DNA of 63,605 bases, filler included. It is 5 parts of 5 records of this genome, joined end to end, with 100 filler letters (N's around TTAATTAATTAA, not from the genome) between each part and the next. Parts side by side here need not be neighbours in the genome. Positions count along the whole stretch, not along the records: positions 45,967 to 63,605 come from DRR723986_9934; 4 more parts are not named here. One strand, 5' to 3'. Shown piece by piece: positions 53,002 to 62,821 of the stretch. The position numbers and the translations under genes are program-made. Below the pieces are notes generated by a model. It made no database searches, had not been told where the DNA came from, and saw nothing but the letters and a program-made list of their open reading frames with translations. Position 1 is the first letter of the stretch, and each line of letters starts with the position of its first letter.

Positions 53002-53408
53002 GTCATTCCTCCCTTTAATGTGTTCAAGAAAGGCAACGATGTCCAAGCCCCCAACCCCTGAGGGTCAGGCACCCGGTTCGGTGCTGGGGTCACCATAAAA
53101 ATCGCTATTGCCGGGGGAAATTGGACCTTGGTCGGTGCGACTTAAGTCTACCCAAAGGGCCACTAAGCCCTTCTTTGGTCGGCATTTAATGAAAATAATC
53201 TATGACTTTGACGTGGCATTCCGTTCTCAAGCCTTCTCTTCGCAACCAAGACTCTTGAAGGCTGAACCATCACCTGATTAACTCGCCTTATTGGCTTGGC
53301 GTCGCTCTAGAACAGGCGATGCGGGCAGATTTTTCAAACTGTATCAAACGATGGCGATTGACCAAAGCCGATCAAAACCAAATGAATAAAGACAAACAGG
53401 AACCGATA

Positions 53409-53879
53409 ATGAGCGCGCCAATTTCCTGGGATCTTCCTGTCCCTTTCACCGTGACCTTTGATGTTCAGGCGGACGACATTGATGCCTATGATCACGTCAA
53501 CAACACTGTCTATTTGCATTGGATCGACGCCATCGCCTGGGCGCATTCAGATGCCGTGGGGATGACAACGGCATATTGTCAAAGCATCGGCAAAGGCTTT
53601 GCCGTTCATCGACACGAGATCGACTATCTGAGGTCCGCTCATTTAGGCGATCGGGTGCAGGTGTCGACCTGGATCGTCAAAATGGATGGAAAACTGCGCT
53701 CTGATCGTCGTTTTCAAATTGTCAGGGAACAAACCGGTGAAACCTTGGTCCGGGCCCGGACGCAATACATCTGCACCGATCTAAAATCCGGTCGACCCTC
53801 AAGGATGCCCGACGCGTTCAAGACAGCCTATCGCGTTGATCCACGTGTCCAAGACGCTGTGATCGCATTGGACCAATAA
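53409..53879 (+). CDS. Acyl-CoA thioesterase (4HBT family)
   Basis: DIDAYDHVNNTVYLHW, HEIDYL. Confidence 0.85.
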   Translation: MSAPISWDLPVPFTVTFDVQADDIDAYDHVNNTVYLHWIDAIAWAHSDAVGMTTAYCQSIGKGFAVHRHEIDYLRSAHLGDRVQVSTWIVKMDGKLRSDRRFQIVREQTGETLVRARTQYICTDLKSGRPSRMPDAFKTAYRVDPRVQDAVIALDQ

Positions 53880-53984
53880 GTGTAAGGGACGGGGGCAGCG
53901 ACCTCTTTTAGGGTCGCGCGTTCTGTATTACAAAGGGGATCAGCGGGCGCGGCCCTCAGATTTGACACAACGACGGATCCGAAA

Positions 53985-54716
53985 ATGACACAGACAAACC
54001 TCACGATCGGTATCCTCGAAACCGGACGCCCCCCAGAAGAGCTCAAGCAAATCTATGGGGATTACCCCGGCATGGTGGCCTCGTGGCTTGGCGACTTAGA
54101 CGCCAGTTTTGTCAGCTATCCTGTTCTGGACAACGAACTCCCCGCCTCCCCGACCGAGGCGGATCTTTGGGTCATTACCGGATCCAAATTCGGGGCCTAC
54201 GAGGATCATCCATGGATCCCCCCGCTGGAAGATTTCATTCGGGCCTGTAAGCAAGAGAATGTCATGATGTTCGGCATTTGCTTTGGTCACCAGATGATCG
54301 CTCAGGCGTTGGGTGGTGTTGTGCGTAAATCGACCAAAGGCTGGGGATTGGGCGTACACGAATACGACTTCAAAAACTGGCCCTCAGAGTTGGGCCAACA
54401 ACCACATAATCTTGCGATCCAAGCCTACCATCAAGATCAGGTCGAAGAGATCCCGGATGGGGCCGAAATCCTTGCAAGCTCGCCATTCTGCGAAGCGGCG
54501 GCCTTGTGGTATCCGGGGTTTGCAATCACTGTTCAAGGGCACCCTGAGTTTGCCAAACCCTACGCAAGCGCTTTGCTGGAAAGCCGCCGGGGCACGGTGC
54601 TGAGCGATAAGGACGTCGATCAGGGGCAGGAAAACATGGCAATCGCGGACAACCGCGCGTCAATTGCAGCCCTTGTTGGCCAAATTCTGCGTAACAAACA
54701 AAGCCAGATGGCCTGA
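53985..54716 (+). CDS. Class I glutamine amidotransferase-like protein
   Basis: ITGS, GICFGHQ, QGHPEF. Confidence 0.88.
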   Translation: MTQTNLTIGILETGRPPEELKQIYGDYPGMVASWLGDLDASFVSYPVLDNELPASPTEADLWVITGSKFGAYEDHPWIPPLEDFIRACKQENVMMFGICFGHQMIAQALGGVVRKSTKGWGLGVHEYDFKNWPSELGQQPHNLAIQAYHQDQVEEIPDGAEILASSPFCEAAALWYPGFAITVQGHPEFAKPYASALLESRRGTVLSDKDVDQGQENMAIADNRASIAALVGQILRNKQSQMA

Positions 54717-54760
54717 ACTCAAATCTGGTGCCTAAAAGGCACCAGATCAAATGCCGGGAA

Positions 54761-56068
54761 TTACAGCCGGTCGCGCAGGCTAAACCACAGCATCGCCAAG
54801 ACCAGCAAAGGCCCACGCAACGCAACGCCCCCCGGAAAACGCGTTGTTGGAACAGCGGCCATCACATCAAACCGTTCAGCCTGACCCGCGATGGTTTCCG
54901 CAACGATCTGTCCCGCCAAGGTCGCCATCGCCACCCCATGTCCCGAGAACCCCGATAGGCTGAGGATGTTTCCGTTCAACCGCTCAAAATGCGGCATCCG
55001 ATTCATGGTAATCCCCAAGGTTCCGCCCCACGCATGATCCACACGCACGTCGGAAAGCTGTGGGAAAATCTCTAACATCGGCTTGCGCACGGCCGCCGCA
55101 ATATCTGTTGGAAACTTGTATCCGTAGCTTTCTGTCCCGCCAAAAAGCAGCCTGTGATCATCGGAAAACCGGAAATAATTGACCACAAATTTACTGTCGG
55201 CCACCGCGTGATTATTTCGGATCAAACTCTCTTGCCGGTCCGGGCTCAGCGGCTCTGTCGCGATGACAAAGTTATTGATCGGCATGACCCGTTCAGCGAC
55301 ATGAGAGTTCAACCGACCTAGATACCCATTGCAGCCCAACACAACAAAGTCTGCGGTTACCTTTGCCTGATCGGTGGTCACCCGCGCGGGGGTCGAGTCA
55401 AAAACGCTCTCAACTTTGGCCCCTTCGAAAATCCGAACCCCAGCGGCCTTGGCCATCCGTGCAAGACCCAGAACAAACTGCAACGGATCAATGTGCCCGG
55501 CGTCCTCGTAGATACTGCCGCCGTGATAGGCTGGGGAATTGACCAGATGGCGCAGCTCTTCCCGATCCAATGCGCGGATACCCTGATAGTCATAGGTGTC
55601 CTGTAGATGACGTACATAATCATGGCTGTTTTGTACATTTCGCGCCCGGTGTTCCGCATGGATGATGCCATCATGAAAATCCGCATGAACAAGGTCGGAT
55701 TTAGACAGGTCCCGTACCAAATCGACGGACTGGCGCGCAATCGTCCACAGCTCTCGCGCGTTCTCGAGCCCAACCAGATCTTCTAACTCGTCCTGCTCAC
55801 TGCGCTGGCCTTGCCCGACCTGCCCGCCATTGCGCCCGGATGCCCCAAAGCCGAGGCGCTGTGCCTCAAGCAAAATGACATCGTATCCGCGCTGCGCCAG
55901 ATGCAACGCAGATGAAAGCCCCATGAAGCCCCCGCCGACCACGCACACATCACAGGTCAAATCACCCTGCGCGCTGGGGAACCGGTCCAGCGCATTTGCA
56001 CCCGCGTTTATTGCGTAAAAGGAGTCAGGGTACTGACCCTGTTTGTCGTTGGCTGTGAGCAAGTCCAT
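54761..56068 (-). CDS. FAD-dependent oxidoreductase, PuuB-like
   Basis: VVGGGFMG, GASGRNGG, GFSGHGVA; adjacent to a GS-like ligase. Confidence 0.85.
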   Translation of the reverse strand: MDLLTANDKQGQYPDSFYAINAGANALDRFPSAQGDLTCDVCVVGGGFMGLSSALHLAQRGYDVILLEAQRLGFGASGRNGGQVGQGQRSEQDELEDLVGLENARELWTIARQSVDLVRDLSKSDLVHADFHDGIIHAEHRARNVQNSHDYVRHLQDTYDYQGIRALDREELRHLVNSPAYHGGSIYEDAGHIDPLQFVLGLARMAKAAGVRIFEGAKVESVFDSTPARVTTDQAKVTADFVVLGCNGYLGRLNSHVAERVMPINNFVIATEPLSPDRQESLIRNNHAVADSKFVVNYFRFSDDHRLLFGGTESYGYKFPTDIAAAVRKPMLEIFPQLSDVRVDHAWGGTLGITMNRMPHFERLNGNILSLSGFSGHGVAMATLAGQIVAETIAGQAERFDVMAAVPTTRFPGGVALRGPLLVLAMLWFSLRDRL

Positions 56069-56101
56069 ATCACACCTCTGTTCATCTGGTTCAGCGCAGG
56101 A

Positions 56102-57481
56102 TCAAGCGTTCAGCAATAGGTGCTGACGCTCCCATGGGGAAATCTCGCGCTGGTATTCCTCGTTCTCTGCCACTTTGATGTCGTGGTAAACACTGCAGAA
56201 TTCTTCGCCCAAAATCTCGCGGATTTCAGTTGCCGACTGGAATCGCGCCAAGGCCAACCCTAATCCAGCAGGCAGGGGATAGTCCGTTTCCCACACCTCT
56301 TTCTGTGCAGCGGGGCGCGGGTCAATTCCGTTGACCATGCCAAGATAGCCACACGCCAGTGACGCAGCGATCGCCAGATACGGATTGCAATCCATACCAA
56401 TCACCCGATTTTCAACGCGCCGCGCCACAGGGTCAGACACCGGAATACGCAAGCCCGTCGTGCGGTTGTCCGTCGCCCATTCCAGATTAGACGGCGCGCT
56501 TTGACCATCTACGGTAATCCGGCGGTATGAATTCACATAGGGCGCAACAAGGGGGACCACATCCAACAGGTGTTTCTGCGTCCCACCAATGAAATGATAG
56601 AACAGGTCCGTCGGACTGCCATCGGCATTGGAAAAGATATTCTCGCCGGTTTCGGCGTGAACAATGCTTTGATGCACATGCATGGCGCTGCCGGGATAAT
56701 CGCGCATTGGCTTGGCCATAAAGGTGGCGAAGATCCCGTTCTTTAGCGCTGCCTCCCGAATGGTCCGCTTGAAGTAAAACACCTGATCGGCCAACCGCAA
56801 TGGATCGCCGTGCATCAGATTGATTTCGATCTGACCCGGCCCGCCCTCTTGGATCACCGTATCAATTTCTAGGCCCTGAGATTCGGCAAAGTCATAGATG
56901 GTGTCGATCACCGGCCCATATTCATCCACCGCGGACATCGAATAGACTTGTGCCCCCAATCCAACACGCCCCGTGCGCCCCAACGGCGGCTCAATGGGTT
57001 CGTTTGCATCCGTATGCGGCTTGGTCAGATAAAATTCCAACTCTGGCGCAACGATGGGCTTCCAGCCTTTTTGAGCATAAAGATCCAACACCCGGCGCAA
57101 AACATTTCGCGGCGCAATGGCAAGCGGATCGCCATCGCGCGTGCTCATATCACAGATCACCTGAATGGTCGGATCGTCGGCCCACGGAACAACAGTCGCA
57201 GTGGACATATCGGGGCGCAGAACCACGTCTTTTTCAAGCCACTGGTCTTCGATCTCCATATCGACATAGCCGCCCGATACTGTTTGATAAAACAGCGAAA
57301 CCGGCAGAAAGAACGTGTCATCTGGCTTAAATTTATACGCAGGCATTGCTTTGCCGCGCGATGTCCCGACCGTATCCGGGATGATGCATTCGACCTCGTC
57401 CAAGCCGCGATTGTTCAGCGCGGCCTTTGTCACCTCAGGAAGCTGGTCCATCCAGTTTTTTTGCGTTTTGGTCACACTCAA
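56102..57481 (-). CDS. Glutamine-synthetase-like gamma-glutamyl-amine ligase (PuuA-like)
   Basis: APELEFY, GPGQIEIN, FMAKP..GSAMHVHQS, NRTTGLRIP, RVENR. Confidence 0.87.
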   Translation of the reverse strand: MSVTKTQKNWMDQLPEVTKAALNNRGLDEVECIIPDTVGTSRGKAMPAYKFKPDDTFFLPVSLFYQTVSGGYVDMEIEDQWLEKDVVLRPDMSTATVVPWADDPTIQVICDMSTRDGDPLAIAPRNVLRRVLDLYAQKGWKPIVAPELEFYLTKPHTDANEPIEPPLGRTGRVGLGAQVYSMSAVDEYGPVIDTIYDFAESQGLEIDTVIQEGGPGQIEINLMHGDPLRLADQVFYFKRTIREAALKNGIFATFMAKPMRDYPGSAMHVHQSIVHAETGENIFSNADGSPTDLFYHFIGGTQKHLLDVVPLVAPYVNSYRRITVDGQSAPSNLEWATDNRTTGLRIPVSDPVARRVENRVIGMDCNPYLAIAASLACGYLGMVNGIDPRPAAQKEVWETDYPLPAGLGLALARFQSATEIREILGEEFCSVYHDIKVAENEEYQREISPWERQHLLLNA

Positions 57482-57784
57482 CCTCTTTCCGCGTTCGGTT
57501 TGTTTTGGGGTTACTCAAATTTATGATCAAATTATTTCAAGAAATCCAGCCCCTATTTTTGCCGACACGGCGTCACCCTCAGACACGCACACGCACACGC
57601 ATCGGATAGTGCCCTACCAAATCTAAACCGTCAGAAACGCACCCTGCTGCCTCAAATCGAGCAAAGAAATTTGATCATTTTTGCGATCCTCACTCGGGCA
57701 CCAATGATTGACAACCCGCGCAACAAACCCCATTGAAAAAGGAGGGGCCAACGGCCCCGGTCAAGTTTCTGATGCAAGTGCCAC

Positions 57785-58435
57785 ATGACACGTGAACAGA
57801 TTGGATTTAAGGCAGCTTTCGCCCAAGACCCCGACAGCCTGATTGCCTGTCCCGCCTGCGATACGTTGCACAGTCTTGAACCAGTCTCGGCTGGGCAAAC
57901 CGCCTATTGCACCTGCTGTGGGTTCAAACTGATCGCGCCAAAAGCCAATACGTTTGATCGAACAATCGCGCTGGCGGTGACGTCCGCAATCTTGATGATT
58001 GCCGTGCTCAGTTTCCCGTTTCTCAAAATGTCCAAGTCTGGACTGTCGCACGAGGCATCGGTCCTCGACATCATATTTGGGTTGGCGCATGGGTGGTACA
58101 ACCTGTTGGCCTTTGCGGTTGCCATGTTTGTCGTCACTCTTCCGATGGCGCGGGCTGGGGCGTTGGTCTACGTGTTGTGGGCCCTCAAACACAACCGCGT
58201 CCCTTATCGGGCCAAAGAAGTTTTTCTGTTTGCTGAACGGCTGAACCCATGGGCGATGAGCGAGATCTTCATCATCGGAACCGGGGTGGCGCTGGTTAAA
58301 ATGGCCGGATTGGCAACGATCAGTTTTGGCAAAGCGTTTTGGCTGTATTGCCTGTTGGTCCTGATCATTGGGATGAAAAACGCAGCCCTATGCCGGTGGA
58401 CCGTCTGGTCCCTGATCCGAAAGGCGCAGACATGA
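57785..58435 (+). CDS. pqiA: Paraquat-inducible protein A, N-terminal half
   Basis: CPACD..CTCCG zinc ribbon, TMs, PWAMSEIF. Confidence 0.85.
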   Translation: MTREQIGFKAAFAQDPDSLIACPACDTLHSLEPVSAGQTAYCTCCGFKLIAPKANTFDRTIALAVTSAILMIAVLSFPFLKMSKSGLSHEASVLDIIFGLAHGWYNLLAFAVAMFVVTLPMARAGALVYVLWALKHNRVPYRAKEVFLFAERLNPWAMSEIFIIGTGVALVKMAGLATISFGKAFWLYCLLVLIIGMKNAALCRWTVWSLIRKAQT

Positions 58436-59043
58436 CCCGTGCCACAGATCTGGGATGGATCGGATGCCATACCTGCGGGGCCGTTCATCAATCCCATGTT
58501 CAGCATTGCCGCACCTGTGGGGCGCATCTGCATGCGCGATTGCCGCATAGTTTACAGAAAGTCTGGGCCTGGCTCATCACCGGTGTTCTGTTCCTCATCC
58601 CCGCGAACATCTACCCGCTACTGAGTAATCTGATCTTGGGCCACGAAGAAGGGCACACGATCCTCGAAGGGGTGGTGATCTTTTTCCAGACCGGCGACTA
58701 TTTCGTCGCCCTCGTTATTTTTGTTGCAAGTCTGCTGATCCCCTTTGTCAAAATCCTGATAATTGGGTTTCTGGCGCTGAGTATTCAGTTTGGGTGGCAA
58801 CTGAGCGAACACACACGCTTGTTGCTGTATGAGTTTGTCGAATTCATTGGACGCTGGTCGATGATTGACGTCTTTGTGGTTGCGCTGCTAACCGGCCTCG
58901 TAAATCTGGGTGCCGTCATCTCAATTCTACCCGGAGCGGGCGCAATCTGCTTTGCACTCTCGGTGATATGCACCATGATTTCGGCGCAGTGCATCGATTC
59001 CAAACTTATCTGGGACACAGGGAAAGGCCCCGAACATGACTGA
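58432..59043 (+). CDS. pqiA: Paraquat-inducible protein A, C-terminal half
   Basis: CHTC..CRTC, IPANIYP, IGRWSMIDVFVV; ATG 58432 overlaps the upstream stop. Confidence 0.87.
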   Translation: MTRATDLGWIGCHTCGAVHQSHVQHCRTCGAHLHARLPHSLQKVWAWLITGVLFLIPANIYPLLSNLILGHEEGHTILEGVVIFFQTGDYFVALVIFVASLLIPFVKILIIGFLALSIQFGWQLSEHTRLLLYEFVEFIGRWSMIDVFVVALLTGLVNLGAVISILPGAGAICFALSVICTMISAQCIDSKLIWDTGKGPEHD

Positions 59044-61129
59044 CACGCAGGGCCTGCCCAAGCCCGTCGTAAAGGATCAAAAGCCCGGATTGTTTGCCAA
59101 GATATCCTTGATCTGGCTTGTGCCGGTTCTTGCGCTAATCGGTGCGCTTGGATTGGCGTGGGACACCTATCGCCAGCGCGACGTGACCGTTAAAATCACA
59201 TTCCCCGAGGCCAGCGGAATCGAACCCGGCAAAACGCTGATCAAGTTTCGCGATGTCACTGTCGGAACCGTTGCTGAGTTGGGGTATTCCGAGGATCTGA
59301 CCCATGTGGTGGTGCAAGCCAACATTCACCGCAACATGGCCCAATATCTGGATGCTGACACGCAGTTCTGGTTGGTGACTGCAAAGATCACCGCCAGCGG
59401 AGTGACCGGTTTGAACACTCTGTTGTCGGGGTCACACATCAATGTGGAATGGGACGCTGATGTCGGCGAACCGAGCCGTGAATTCGTCGCCTTGGCAGAT
59501 GCGCCCATTATTCTGCCAGGTGCCAAAGGGGCTGAAATTCTGCTGACCAGCCCGGTCAGCGGCTCGGTCGCCGTTGGGGCGCCAGTCCTGCACAAGGGTG
59601 TCGCAATGGGCAAAGTCGAGGCGGTCAGCTTTGATCAGGCCAGCGACTCGGTTCTGATTACCGCCTTTGTGAATGAACCCTATGACGCGCTGGTAAACAC
59701 AGGAACGCGGTTCTGGAACGCATCTGGCATCAACGTCGAGTTGAGCGAAAGCGGTCTGCAGCTGAACGTTGGCAGCCTTTCGTCGCTCTTGCAGGGGGGG
59801 ATTGAATTTGACACCACGATTTCTGGCGGCAAACCCATCGGGCCCAAGGCGTCGTTTGACCTGTACGCGAGCAAAGATCTGGCCAAGGAGAGCCTGCTTG
59901 ACGATGATCTGCGCGCCACGGTCCATCTGACGTCCAGCTTTGCCGGATCGGTCAAAGGTCTGAAAGAAGGGTCTGATGTTTTGTTTCGCGGCCTGAAGGT
60001 TGGGCAAATCATCAATCTCGCGGCCAACGTCAGAACCGATGACACCGGCAAACCCGAGATTGTCATGGATGCCGCTTACACCGTTCAACCCGGGCGATTG
60101 GGGCTGGTGGACGTTCAGACCAAAGAGCAAACGCTGGACCTGCTGGCTGATATGGTTTCGAAATCAAACCTGCGCGCGCGTCTGGCCCCGAATTCCATTT
60201 TTTCGGGTGGTTTGCACGTAGAATTGTACGAAGATCCAGACGCCGCAAGCGCCACTCTGAACCGGGATCAGATCCCCTATCCGGTTCTGCCCTCGACACC
60301 AACGTCACCCGAGACGCTGACAATTGCGGCGGAAAGCGTTCTGAACCGCGTCGCCTCTCTGCCCATCGAAGAGCTGATGGATCGCGCCATCAAAGTGATA
60401 AGCGAAATTGATACGCTACTGGCAAACCAAGACACTCAGGCGCTGCCTGCAGATGTGCGTGCCTTGCTGAGCAACGTAAACACCATCGCCACCTCTGAGG
60501 GTCTCAAGAAACTGCCCGATGAGTTGCATGAAACGCTGGCCACGGTTCAGGGTCTGCTCGACACGTTCGAGGCCAACGATGGGGTGACCAACATTGTTGA
60601 CTCGCTCAAGGATGTACGGACGGCAGTTGCCTCGATCTCGACCGCGAGTGACAAGCTGCCTGCCCTATTGGAGGATATCGATGCGCTTGTTGGCAAAGCC
60701 AACGCGCTGCCTTTGGAAAGTGTCGTAACCTCGGCCGATGATGTGTTGAAATCCACCAATGACTTTCTCAGCAACGAAGATATGGAACAAGTTCCCGGCG
60801 CGCTGGCGGGCGCATTGGAGCAGGCCAACCTGACCCTGAAAGAATTGCGTGACGGGGGCGCTGTCGCACAGTTGAACCGCACGCTCAGTTCGGCGGGTGA
60901 GGCGGCGGAAAACATTTCGATCGCGGTCAAAGAGCTGCCGGAACTGGCGAAACGTTTGGATCAGCTTGCCGATACCGCAGAGGATACAATTGGGGCCTAT
61001 GGCCCCTCTTCGCCCGTCAATCGCGAGGTGCAGGCCGCCATTCAGGATCTGCGCAGTGCGGTCAAATCGCTGAACGCGTTGGTGCAGGCCATTCGACGCA
61101 AACCCAACTCTCTCTTGGTAGGACGTTAA
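59036..61129 (+). CDS. pqiB: PqiB-like multi-MCE protein with long helical C-terminus
   Basis: IWLVP TM; three MCE-like domains (GLNTLLSG, RFWNASG, GLKEGSDV); ends RKPNSLLVGR. Confidence 0.88.
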   Translation: MTDTQGLPKPVVKDQKPGLFAKISLIWLVPVLALIGALGLAWDTYRQRDVTVKITFPEASGIEPGKTLIKFRDVTVGTVAELGYSEDLTHVVVQANIHRNMAQYLDADTQFWLVTAKITASGVTGLNTLLSGSHINVEWDADVGEPSREFVALADAPIILPGAKGAEILLTSPVSGSVAVGAPVLHKGVAMGKVEAVSFDQASDSVLITAFVNEPYDALVNTGTRFWNASGINVELSESGLQLNVGSLSSLLQGGIEFDTTISGGKPIGPKASFDLYASKDLAKESLLDDDLRATVHLTSSFAGSVKGLKEGSDVLFRGLKVGQIINLAANVRTDDTGKPEIVMDAAYTVQPGRLGLVDVQTKEQTLDLLADMVSKSNLRARLAPNSIFSGGLHVELYEDPDAASATLNRDQIPYPVLPSTPTSPETLTIAAESVLNRVASLPIEELMDRAIKVISEIDTLLANQDTQALPADVRALLSNVNTIATSEGLKKLPDELHETLATVQGLLDTFEANDGVTNIVDSLKDVRTAVASISTASDKLPALLEDIDALVGKANALPLESVVTSADDVLKSTNDFLSNEDMEQVPGALAGALEQANLTLKELRDGGAVAQLNRTLSSAGEAAENISIAVKELPELAKRLDQLADTAEDTIGAYGPSSPVNREVQAAIQDLRSAVKSLNALVQAIRRKPNSLLVGR

Positions 61130-61131
61130 CC

Positions 61132-61701
61132 ATGTTCAAGTTTTTTCGCCCTGTCCTAACAGGTTTGATTTTTGCCGCCCTCGCGGGATGTTCAACCAAC
61201 GAAGAACGCTATTTGCTGCCCCCGGTTGAAAACGTCAAAACCTATCGATCTGGTGTGCGCACGGTAGAGGTTACGCGCCTTGACCTGCCGGCCTATGCCG
61301 AAGACAGCGAAATTTCCGTGCTCGGCGAAGACGGTGTTTTGCGCCCCACCAAAAGCGGATTCTGGGCCGATGCCCCGGATCGCGCACTGACCGAACTGTT
61401 GGCGGCGGGCTTGGATCAATCCCTTTCCGCGTCAGTTGCGTCTGAGCCGTGGCCCTTTGAAACACCACCAGACGTTCAGGTCGAAATCAAGGTGCACAAT
61501 CTGTCCGGGGTGCCCGGTCAGGTGCTGACCCTTTCGGGGCAGTATTTCCTGACCTCACCGGCGCACGGGCATCTGGAACGCGCGCACCGGTTTTCGTTTG
61601 CGGTTCCGATGGCGAATGACAGTTTAAACGCGGTCGCGGCGGCGCAATCACAAGCCATCAAGCTGTTGGTCGAAGACATCGCGCGTCGGATCGCCAGCTA
61701 A
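61132..61701 (+). CDS. pqiC: PqiC-like lipoprotein
   Basis: Lipobox LAGC, LPAY, WADAP. Confidence 0.82.
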   Translation: MFKFFRPVLTGLIFAALAGCSTNEERYLLPPVENVKTYRSGVRTVEVTRLDLPAYAEDSEISVLGEDGVLRPTKSGFWADAPDRALTELLAAGLDQSLSASVASEPWPFETPPDVQVEIKVHNLSGVPGQVLTLSGQYFLTSPAHGHLERAHRFSFAVPMANDSLNAVAAAQSQAIKLLVEDIARRIAS

Positions 61702-61715
61702 ATCCAGCAGGGCTG

Positions 61716-62705
61716 TCAGCTCATCACACCATCAAATGCGTGGCGTCGCACGGCTTGCGGGCTCATCCCGTATTCCGTGCGGATCCAACGGGCGAGGTTG
61801 GAGTGCGTGCCAAACCCGGTGGCCACGATGATTTCGGACAGGTTCAGGCTGGTATGAACCAGCAATTGATGCGCCCGCTCGATCCGGAGTGCGCGGTACG
61901 CAACCAATGGTCCTGTGCCCGTCTTTTCCAGAAAACGCCGTTGCAGTTTGCGCGTAGACACACCTTGGGCTTGAGCCAGATCGCAGATCATCAAAGGCTC
62001 TTCGATATGTTCCTGCATCAGGGCCAGCGTGTTGTCGATCAACTTGTCCCCGCGCGCACGATGGCGCAGATCCAGAACAACCTTGCTTTGGTTGCGCGTG
62101 TTGCCACTGCTCAATCCGACATAGTCCCCAAGCGATTTTGCAATGAACTGCCCATGATCGTTGCCAATCATTTCAATCAGCAAAGGCAGGGCCGCAAAGC
62201 CACTGATTGCACTGTGAACCTGTTTGGAAACCGTGTGATGCTTGCCCCGTCCCGCATCGGTCAAATTCTCTTCCACCGCTGCGGCGTAAAAATTTGGATG
62301 GATTGCGACGCTATGGTGATCCTGTACGCCGATTTCGCGTAGCAGAAAGACGGCCCCCCCAATCAAAACCGACCGCGTTGCCAATCGCAGGATTTGATGC
62401 ACCCGTTTCTGTTCAACCGAGGTCAGCCCCCAGCGCGAATGGATATCCCCCAGAAAGATCACAGATCGTCGGGTCCAGTATCGCGGATCCTCGGACGCGC
62501 GCGCCGCAAGGTTCTGAACTGTAATCCGGTAGGGCATCGTGTGGATCAGGTCATTGGCAGCCTGAAACAGGTCCGCAAACATCTGCGCGGCAGACGGCGG
62601 CATGTTGGCCGGCAGGATAATATCAATGTCGTGGACCTGCGTTGGGGCCACGGGGTACGTCACAACGGGCGATACAGCCTGAGGTACGGATGCGAAATAG
62701 GTCAC
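61716..62705 (-). CDS. AraC/GlxA-family regulator
   Basis: C-terminal double HTH (HIEEPL..STRKLQRRF..LRIERA..TGF); degenerate DJ-1-like N-domain. Confidence 0.82.
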   Translation of the reverse strand: MTYFASVPQAVSPVVTYPVAPTQVHDIDIILPANMPPSAAQMFADLFQAANDLIHTMPYRITVQNLAARASEDPRYWTRRSVIFLGDIHSRWGLTSVEQKRVHQILRLATRSVLIGGAVFLLREIGVQDHHSVAIHPNFYAAAVEENLTDAGRGKHHTVSKQVHSAISGFAALPLLIEMIGNDHGQFIAKSLGDYVGLSSGNTRNQSKVVLDLRHRARGDKLIDNTLALMQEHIEEPLMICDLAQAQGVSTRKLQRRFLEKTGTGPLVAYRALRIERAHQLLVHTSLNLSEIIVATGFGTHSNLARWIRTEYGMSPQAVRRHAFDGVMS

Positions 62706-62778
62706 GTCTGTCTCCTCTTGCGGGTATGGAAATGGGCGCGCCTCCTGTGCGCATCCGGTTCATCAAAGGGGATGAAGG

Positions 62779-62807
62779 TCACCCCGCCCACTGTGCGGGC
62801 GGGGTGA
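62779..62807. terminator. GC-rich hairpin after gcvP
   Basis: TCACCCCGCCC-ACTGTGC-GGGCGGGGTGA; weak U-tract. Confidence 0.5.
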
Positions 62808-62821
62808 GAGTGTGTCGTGGC

